In this document: one piece after another, positions 55,705 to 64,000 of the stretch
Position numbering within the stretch: position 1 is the stretch's first letter
Layout of the letters: every line of letters starts with the position of its first letter
Source of the DNA: Eledone cirrhosa
Taxonomy: Eukaryota
Length of the DNA stretch: 64,000 nt
Reading direction: 5' to 3'
Assembly: GCA_964016885.1 (NCBI GenBank)
Contig: OZ024743.1
Span: 118,792,001 to 118,856,000, forward strand
Made by a program: the position numbers and the translations under genes
The notes under the pieces: generated by a model
Database searches by the model: none
What the model was told of the DNA's origin: nothing
What the model saw: the letters and a program-made list of their open reading frames with translations, nothing else

Positions 55705-56687
55705 CGTGTGTGTGTGTGTGTGTGTTTTAATCTGAAAATAGATGATCTGAATTCTTTCATACTTGACAAAATGTAATAGCGTAATTAATACTTTTGCAAA
55801 TACCTGCTTCTAATAATCAGAGAATGAATTATATTCAAACAATTTTAAATGATTTATTAGAGAAAAATCTTTAACACTTTTTCCTAATTTATATAAAAAT
55901 CAATCAAATATTTAGATGGCTATCAATTATTCCATATATAGAAACTTGGCATAACTTTAATGCACAGAAAATTTGGTTGTAATTTATTACAATTTATTAC
56001 AAGTATATTTTGAACAAAATTTCCATTTTTGTGTTTCTAGATATTTAAGTACCTTGGGATAATTCCTGTGAAAGTATGCATGACTGGGTAACATTTGTTT
56101 CCAAAATTCATATCGATTTTCAAATCAATTTAAGTGACAACATTTCTAGTTATCAAGCATTTTCAGGTGAATGAGGCGAGTATATTTAAATGCATATTTC
56201 ATTGATATATCTTTCTGGTGTATTGCATTCTCACACTGGCATATAAGGGTGCACGATGATAGAGAGAGTGAGAGAATGTGTGCGAGTGTCCAGTCGATTA
56301 AGTCTGCTTAAGCTTACAGAAAATGAGAACATTTCTGTTAAACTAACGAGGAATTTGCAGATACTCCACGATAACAATACATTTACATTTGTATCTGTGA
56401 TCATTACGACTGTGTTATGTTACAAACTGCCTCAGTACAAATCTTGAGATGCTGGGTTTCACAGAACCAGAAAAAGCACGGCTACTTAGGAAAATGCACG
56501 TACACTCCAGCAATGGAAGTTTAAAATTATGTAAAACATTTAAGAAATTCAGCATGTGATAACTGCATACACACTTGCGTAGATAGTGAAACATATTCGC
56601 GTGTACACATATAACGCAAAACATACAGATCGACATATACAATGTCATCCATACCTGCAACGCACGGGTGCACACACACGAACGCAC

Positions 56688-56785
<98 letters not shown>

Positions 56786-56948
56786 GCGCCCGCGCACACA
56801 CGAACTTATATATGTATTTACCTAGTTGATGTCCTCTGCATTCCAATGAAAGAGTTTGGCTTCTGTTAATAACCGACATTCTCACTATTGGTGGAAATTT
56901 ATTAATTATTGATATCCAAAAACATACATACATCATACACATATATAT

Positions 56949-57278
56949 ACATACATACATAAATACATAATGATGGCTACCCCCTCGTTATCGAGTATGG
57001 CCATTGCACGATATAACATTATTAATAATTATAAATTAAGATATCGTGCAATGACTGTGCACTGAGCCAATTCCACCCTCTGAGCGACAATAGCTATATC
57101 CAGAAAAGAAGAAAATATCAACATCATCGCTAACTACTGAGCTGCAGGTTTTATGTTAGAGATATCCCAGTTTCCTGAGCTGCCTTCTCCCAGAATAATG
57201 CCCTGGCAGAGGTTCATCATTTCCAGTGGTTTAATCACGCGATCGTGTATCTGGCCGTTTATTTCTATGTCCCCGCGC

Positions 57279-57328
<50 letters not shown>

Positions 57329-57446
57329 GGGTAAGTTATTCCGGGTTGAATATGAGGTAACCACAGTAAGTAAGGTACTCAAAACATAGCAGAGTATTTG
57401 ATAATTTCTCAAGAATGAAACAGTTCTAGTCCTGTATATTGAAACT

Positions 57447-57526
<80 letters not shown>

Positions 57527-58888
57527 CATGTATATACATATTTACACATTTTTGGATGACCGTTGACTCTTGTGAGTTCCTCCACCCTTTGTTGGGTTTT
57601 GTTTTTTTGTCCTTGTCCTGCAGGATGTCCTAAATCACACTCCTCACCAAATAATCTTGGTGGGGTTGCCGGTTTAGTCACCGACAACACGCGCATGCGA
57701 CAGGTTGTACTGGGTTTCATGTTACCAGTACCATACATGCATACATACATGATGGCTGCCCCCTCGTTATCGTGTATGGCCATTGCACGATATACCATTA
57801 TTAATTATTATTAATTAATTCTATCGTACAATACCTGTGCGTGAAGATTTTTTTCAAAGAGAGGAAAGTGTGTGAACTGAGCCAATCACACTCTCTCAGC
57901 GACAGTAGCTATAACCCGAAAAGAATAAAAGATCAACATCATCGGTAACTACTGAGCCGCAGGTTTTATATCGGAGTTATCCCAATTTCCTGAGTTGCCT
58001 TCTCCTAGAAGAATGCCCTGACAAAAGCTAGGGGTCCTTCACTCCCAGTGGTTTAACCGCGCGGTACATGTGTATATACATATTTACACACATTTGGATG
58101 GCCGTTGACGTTTATGAGTTCTTCCGCCCTTTGTCAGGTTTTGTTTTTTGTCCTGCAGGGTGTCCAAAATCACCCTCCTCACCAATTAAACCTGGTGGGG
58201 TTGCCGGTTTCGTCTCCGACGACCCGACCATGCGACAGGTTGTATTGGATTACATGTTACCAGTAGCACTCAAGAGTGACTCGACACACATACATACATA
58301 CATGGTGGCTGCCAACTTGTTTTCGAGTACGGCCACTACTTTATATCCATGTAGCAGAACCCCTACCGATGCGCTGAACGAGTGACTTTTTAGTCCAGCC
58401 AGCGACTTGAAAACTCTGGTACAATCACTACACTTGTGACAATTATTGACACATAGTGCTGGGCTCATGGTACCATGTGACGACAAGTGCAGAGAGATCT
58501 CCAGATACAAAGCAATGCCTGTGCCGTGAAGCTTTTATAGTGAGCAAAGGCACTGCACAAAGCCAGTACCACTCTCTTAACCAAGATGATATTTACCAAA
58601 AAGAAGAACAAGTCAACATCATTGGATACCATCTGGGTTTTCCTTCTCCTAGAATTCTGCCTTGACAAAGGCTAAGGGATCATCTCTCCCGGTGATTTTG
58701 GATGGCCATTGACTCTCAAGAGCTTCTTTGCCCTTTGACATGTTTTGTTTTTAGTCCTGCAGGATGTCCAAAGTCACCCTCCTCACCAAGAAACCTTGGT
58801 GGGGTTGCCAGTTTAGTCGCCAACGACCCGACCATGAGACAGGTTGTACTGGGATACATGTTACCAGTAGCACCAACTGGTGACCTGA
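56949..58888 (-). mobile_element. Three head-to-tail non-autonomous RTE-derived elements with (TATG)n tails (~56949-57730, 57731-58283, 58284-58888)
   Basis: Repeated blocks gatggctgccccctcgttatcg and ggtggggttgccggtttagtc..catgttaccagtag. The third copy retains CSDCTRVFKSLAGLKSH, resembling the RTE ORF C-terminal zinc finger. Confidence 0.75.
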
Positions 58889-59214
58889 GATACATACATG
58901 CAATGATGAATGCTATATGTATGTTGGAAGTTGGTGAGAACGTTGGGTATGTCGGAATTGTGATAACGCTATATTGGCATAATGGCATATGTCAGCATGC
59001 TTCGAAATGTATGGACGTTAGGCCTGTCTGTCTCCATTAAAACAATATCCTACATAAACTATGTAGCATAGTTGCTTCGGGTTTGCTGTAGCGTAGAATT
59101 AGGCTATGGACGTAGAGGTGATCAGCTTCGATTAAGTCACCTGAGTAAGAGGGTAAGAGTGCTTAATGTTGAAACTCCCAATGAAACCAAATAGCACCAC
59201 TGATTATATATATA

Positions 59215-59258
<44 letters not shown>

Positions 59259-61326
59259 CTCAAACGGTCTTGAAACTTGATGGAATCGTGGGGACGTCTT
59301 CCTGAATCAAGGCGTGTCTTGGCTACATTAATCCTAGCAGCGCCCATCCCTCTCAAGGTCAGGACACAGCCGATTGCTTCCAGACTGAGAGAGAGGGAGA
59401 GGAACGGGCAGAATAGCAACACGTGGGAATTTGTGTTTACATTAAGGTGATTATTATATACGGTAGGTATTCTTGTTTTTTTTTGTAGTATTCTATTCTT
59501 CTCCACATGTTTTCTTTCTCTCAAAGTGTTCTTACATTTTTTCAGATAATTTCATTTTTTCAATTTTGTCTTTACAATCTATTATCGTTTCTCTGTGTGC
59601 CAATAGTTTCGTTTTCCACCAAATAGTTACTTTTGAACCTTCTATTTATAAAATAATCTCGACTTTTAACACATTTCCTGCCTTCTTTGTTTCTTGTAGT
59701 CTCTCCTTCCTAGCCTTTTAAAAAAATATTCTATCATTCTGATTTTCTTTCTGTTTTCTTTTTTACTATTCCCATATTCTCTCCCAGATCGTTCCCTTTT
59801 CTTTAAACACCTGCCTTTCTATTTCACTTTACATTTTTCTCAATGACAAAACGAAAAAAGAAACGGGGAAGAAAGAGGTAAAGGTTTGTTACCTTGATCG
59901 GGCAGTATATTTCAGACAAGATCGCGTAAACGTTACAGCAGTGAATAGTCAGCGATATTCACTGCAACAGTCATTTCTCAAAGGAGGGCTCCTTCTTCAT
60001 GAGTGAGGCTTTGTAACGATTTTGCCAATTCTATTTTCAATTTTGTCAATTCTATTTTGTCAATTCTATTTTCCCCGCTCTCTAGCTTTTTTTTATTTTT
60101 GTTCTTTTGCATCTTCCTTTCATACCCCTTCTTTCTGTCTTTCTCTCTCTCATTCTTTCTCTCGCCATTTTTGTTTTCGTCTCTCTTCAAACACAATTGT
60201 CCTTCTACCTTGCATGTAATATTTTTTCTGTCGTCCTGACTGTCTCTCAGCCTATGTATATATTTTTCTTTTTCATATATATATCTGTGTGTGTTTGTGT
60301 TACCGTGTATGCATGTGTATGCATGTGTGTATTACAGTGGATGCATGTGTGTTTATTTATACTCGAGCGTCAGTGTGAGTGTGTGTGGTGGGGAGTGAGT
60401 GTCTGTGTGGATACGCATGTGTCTATGCGCGTGAGGTTGCAGATGTCAATCCCCTTTTCTATTTGCATTTTGTTTTTCTATGTTTACACTCTGCTTCATT
60501 TTCTTCCATCACATTTCTAAATATACTCCCAACACTTTTATAACTTTCGTTTACGCTCCTTTTTGTTTTAGGAATTTATCATTCCTTCTCATGAACTACT
60601 TTCTTTGTACTTTTCAGCTCCATTTAGAAATTGACAGAAATTCCGTGTTATGACAATGAAATATCAACAAGCATCTTTAATAAAAAAAAAAGATGGCTAT
60701 TTTCTGAATTAATTTTCTTTTCTTTTTGTATTTTGAAAGGTTTATTCAAAAATCCAGCCGCCGTCAACACATCTACTGAAACAAGTATCAGTATAGTTAC
60801 TAAACTATAATTATAATTAGTAGAGAATCAATAATTTAGAATTCTTACTAAATATAGATTCATGAAGCTGATAAATAAATTGATAGTTAAATTCTGATTA
60901 TTTCAGGAAATAAATTATCTAAGCTCAAAACTTTCTCTCACAAGTTACATAATTGGCATTTGACATTTGTTAAAGAATCTATGCTATTTAAGTGCGAGCT
61001 ATTACCACCAACTCCGACCATGTCCTTAAATCTGATGTAGAAATTCTTTCTTACTTTCCGTATATAACTTAAACTTGATATTTGATTAGATAGTGATCCA
61101 CATCTATCTTAGTTGATAAGTCTTCAAACTACCAACCTAATAAGTTCTACCAATAATTAGTGTAGTGTTGTGAGTGATACAGTTTGCCACTGTAATCAGG
61201 TGTAACAATTTGTAATGTTGTTTAAACATCTATTTAGCTTATGTTCAAGTCATGGTATGGTTATGGAGAAAGTTTAGATTCCATTTTGATGTTCAACCAA
61301 ACCTAAAAAGGCTATGTCTCGGGAGA

Positions 61327-61406
61327 CGGACTAAACATGCAATGGACTAAACATGCAATGGACTAAACATCCAACGGACTAAACATCCAACGGACTAAAC
61401 ATCCAC
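61327..61406. repeat. 16-bp minisatellite x5 (YGGACTAAACATSCAA)
   Basis: Five contiguous units with no spacers. Confidence 0.95.
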
Positions 61407-61476
61407 AAATCAGGTCAGTTGAGTGCCAGAAAATTGAGCTTTTCTTTTGCGAGACAATCTGTTTCTTCCCAAATAG

Positions 61477-61596
61477 ATAATTGTTTCTACTTTTAGCACA
61501 AGGCCAGCAATTACCCAGTACATTACTGGTACTTTATTTTATCGACCCCGTAAGGATGAAAGGCAAAGTTAACCTCGGCGGGATTTGAACTCAGAT
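61477..61596 (-). mobile_element. tRNA-derived SINE, family 1 (5'-truncated)
   Basis: Reverse-complement match to family body and tail. Confidence 0.9.
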
Positions 61597-62360
61597 AGAT
61601 AATGATTGCTCTTATATACCATTCTGATTCTACATCTAAACTGTTTTTTGTGTTTAATCAGAAACATTATGAAGCGAGAATAGGACCATGGAATATAGGG
61701 GAATTGATGCCAAAGGATTTCCGGTTATAATTTGTGGAATTGGGCTATATTGGCGGCTTTCGCTAATTTTCAAGACTGCAAGCTAAAATTTATTTATTTA
61801 TTTATTGATTTACCTAGTTCTCCTTTTGAATATTATTAAATTATAAGCTAAGTAACATAGAAACAATCTAAAGTCAATCCTTACATATATAGACATACAT
61901 ATATGGGGAGAGAGCGTAGAAGCAAAATTTACAACGAGATGCTTTCTGAAAATCGGCTGGTACATTTTTCTTTTTTGAAATTGATCTAATAACCGGAAAA
62001 ACCGTTCCAATAGCTGTAAAAAGGGTATTTGAAGGGATAGACACAGAAATATATATAAGGATTTTGGCTTAAGTTTAATGTATTTTATTACTTCTCTGAG
62101 TAGATCATTTATTCATATATCTTATCTCTACATTGAGATGTCTAAGTATTAGAGAGTTAACTTTATATATATGTGTGTGTATATATATATACGTCATTTT
62201 TCCTATTTTCTATATATATATAAAGAGAGAAAGAAGGGGGAGAAAAGGCGTATGCGTTTGTGCGCTGTTATAGGAAAAATGGTGTATAGATAGACATGAA
62301 ATTTTGTGTGAATAAATACATATATATGTCTATTTGTGTGTGTATGTGTGATAGTAAAAA

Positions 62361-62473
62361 GGTTCAATTTTGCCTTTCATCCTTACAGGTTCGATAACTG
62401 GGTTCGGTTTAATCGACTCTTCTCTTCACTTCAAATTGCAGGCCTTATGCCAAAATTATAAACAATTATTATT
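62361..62473 (+). mobile_element. SINE family 1 variant with a longer central segment
   Basis: tttgcctttcatccttacaggttcgataa..aatcgact..aaattgcaggccttatgccaaaattataaacaattatt. Confidence 0.75.
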
Positions 62474-63174
62474 ACACCCAGTTTACGACTTGCTAAGTGG
62501 AGGACAGAGTAACTTGATAACTGTTAAGTAATAATTATTTGATGAAATTCTTTCAATAATCCTGAATTCCCTTTACATCTAACATCGCAGATTATATATT
62601 ATTAAACGAATCTAAATTCCACCCCTTTCTCTCTTTCTCAGATCAGACACATTAAGCAACTTAAGCTTAGCTTCAAGGATAAATTCTCTCATTTCACGAC
62701 CCCGGCTAAGCGTTTATTAAAAATATTTCAAATACTTAATCCGTTAAATTATATTTAAAAATATCTAAATATAAAAATAAAAGAAATATTTGATTCCAAT
62801 TTTACTAAACTTGAATGTTTTAATCATTGAATTTTATTATTATGTATATACCCGGATGTGCCAGTGTTATTAAGAGTTTCCTTTCTCAACTACGAAATAT
62901 CTCAGATTAGTGGGCGGAATTTTGTGGAGGTCAGTTATATATATATAACACATAACATTATTCAACTTCATATTTTAGGATAGCTAATGGCTAAACATGC
63001 ATATATACATGTATATATATATATACATATATATACATGCACACATATATATATGTACGTATGGATTCACCGAACATTTATTATAATGCTCGGTGTGTTT
63101 GTAAACAAACATCCCGTATTAAGCCGCAGTGTCTAGCAACCATCGTTGCTCGTTTGTTCAACACTGACAAAGGA

Positions 63175-63217
63175 ACGCTGTACTAGTTTCAAGCTTATTA
63201 GCTATCGTCAGCAACGT
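63175..63217 (-). ncRNA. Minimal hammerhead ribozyme motif (mirror copy)
   Basis: Reverse complement of 63563-63605. Confidence 0.75.
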
Positions 63218-63562
63218 ATACCTTCCTGCCAGATTGTTGAACGTCTGAAAGTATATACTTACCTTAAGCATAGTAACGGCTGAGTAGCCTAATTTGCATA
63301 TCGAGTGGGTTAATCGGCCAGGTGCACCGAAAACGATAAACGGAAAAAATGAAACGAAATTTCATTTCCCACTCTTAGTACGGCTGTTACTTAAATATAA
63401 GTATGTACACGTATATACATATATGTATACAGACGTACAGTTTATCGTTTTCGGTGCACCAGGCCGATTAACCCACTCGATATGCAAATTGGGCTACTCA
63501 GCCGTTAATATGCATAAGGTAAGTATATACTTTCAGACGTTCAACAATCTGACAGAAGGTAT

Positions 63563-63605
63563 ACGTTGCTGACGATAGCTAATAAGCTTGAAACTAGTAC
63601 AGCGT
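63563..63605 (+). ncRNA. Minimal type I hammerhead ribozyme motif
   Basis: acgttg-CTGACGA-t agct aata agct t-GAAA-ctag-TA-cagcgt. 6-bp stem I, 4-bp stem II under a U-U pair, palindromic stem III actagt. Confidence 0.78.
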
Positions 63606-63889
63606 TCCTGTGTCAGTGCTGAACAAACGAGCAACGATGGTTGCTAGACACTGCGGCTTAATACGGGTTGTTTGTTTACAAACACACCGAGCATTATAAT
63701 AAATGTTCGGTGAATCCATACGTACATATATATATGTGTGCATGTATGTATATATATATACTACTGTAAGTCTGTATACATATATGTATGTACGTGTACA
63801 TACTTATATATATATATAGGGAACGATCGACTCTCGTCAAATCGGACCGAGGGAACAATGTTTCCGTTGGTCTTTCCAATTGCTAATAC

Positions 63890-64000
63890 TATCTATCGGT
63901 CGCAACTCCAGGTAGAAGGAGCAACGTGAAATATAGTGTCTTTCTCAAGGACATAACGCATCGCCTGGTCCAGGAATACAATTCTCTAACCACTCAGCCA
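63890..64000 (-). mobile_element. tRNA-headed SINE of another family, cut by the window edge
   Basis: Minus strand tggctgagtggttagag (A-box) followed by tgtccttgagaaagacactatatttcacgttgctcc. Confidence 0.7.

Larger units (their letters stand above)
63020..63760. repeat. Large inverted repeat: ~320-bp arms (63020-63341 / 63440-63760) with ~100-bp spacer
   Basis: Arms are near-identical reverse complements with few substitutions or indels. Confidence 0.97.

Noticed and set aside
59236-59385. Possible minus-strand exon after a (CT)n-AG acceptor
   Set aside because: No clear donor or recognisable protein; the acceptor could simply be a microsatellite.
59938-59965. 10-bp-arm hairpin gcagtgaata/tattcactgc as a pre-miRNA
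   Set aside because: Stem is too short for a miRNA precursor.
61327-61406. CRISPR-like repeat array
   Set aside because: No spacers, no cas genes, eukaryotic context.

Overview
AT-rich eukaryotic genomic DNA, dense in microsatellites and almost entirely repeat-derived. The tRNA-headed SINE family and repeat landscape suggest an octopod cephalopod (inference). No host gene is securely identifiable; one candidate terminal exon lies at 11.6-11.85 kb on the minus strand. Main content: (i) an ~18 kb train (33.0-51.2 kb) of L1/Tx1-type APE LINEs, R4/Dong-type RLE LINEs and SINEs joined through (ATT)n tracts with consistent family-specific polarity, plus a mirror-oriented second cluster at 18-25 kb; (ii) a near-intact Dong/R4 ORF (~1130 codons, one stop) with an unusual Tx1-like 5' leader; (iii) a decayed Penelope-like GIY-YIG element and several dispersed minimal hammerhead-ribozyme motifs, some inside inverted duplications; (iv) a CR1/L2-type 3' fragment, a Chapaev3-like transposase relic, a non-autonomous Helitron, three tandem RTE-derived elements, and (TA)n-centred fold-back palindromes. 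All comparisons were made by eye and family names come from recalled motifs, so boundaries are approximate unless stated.
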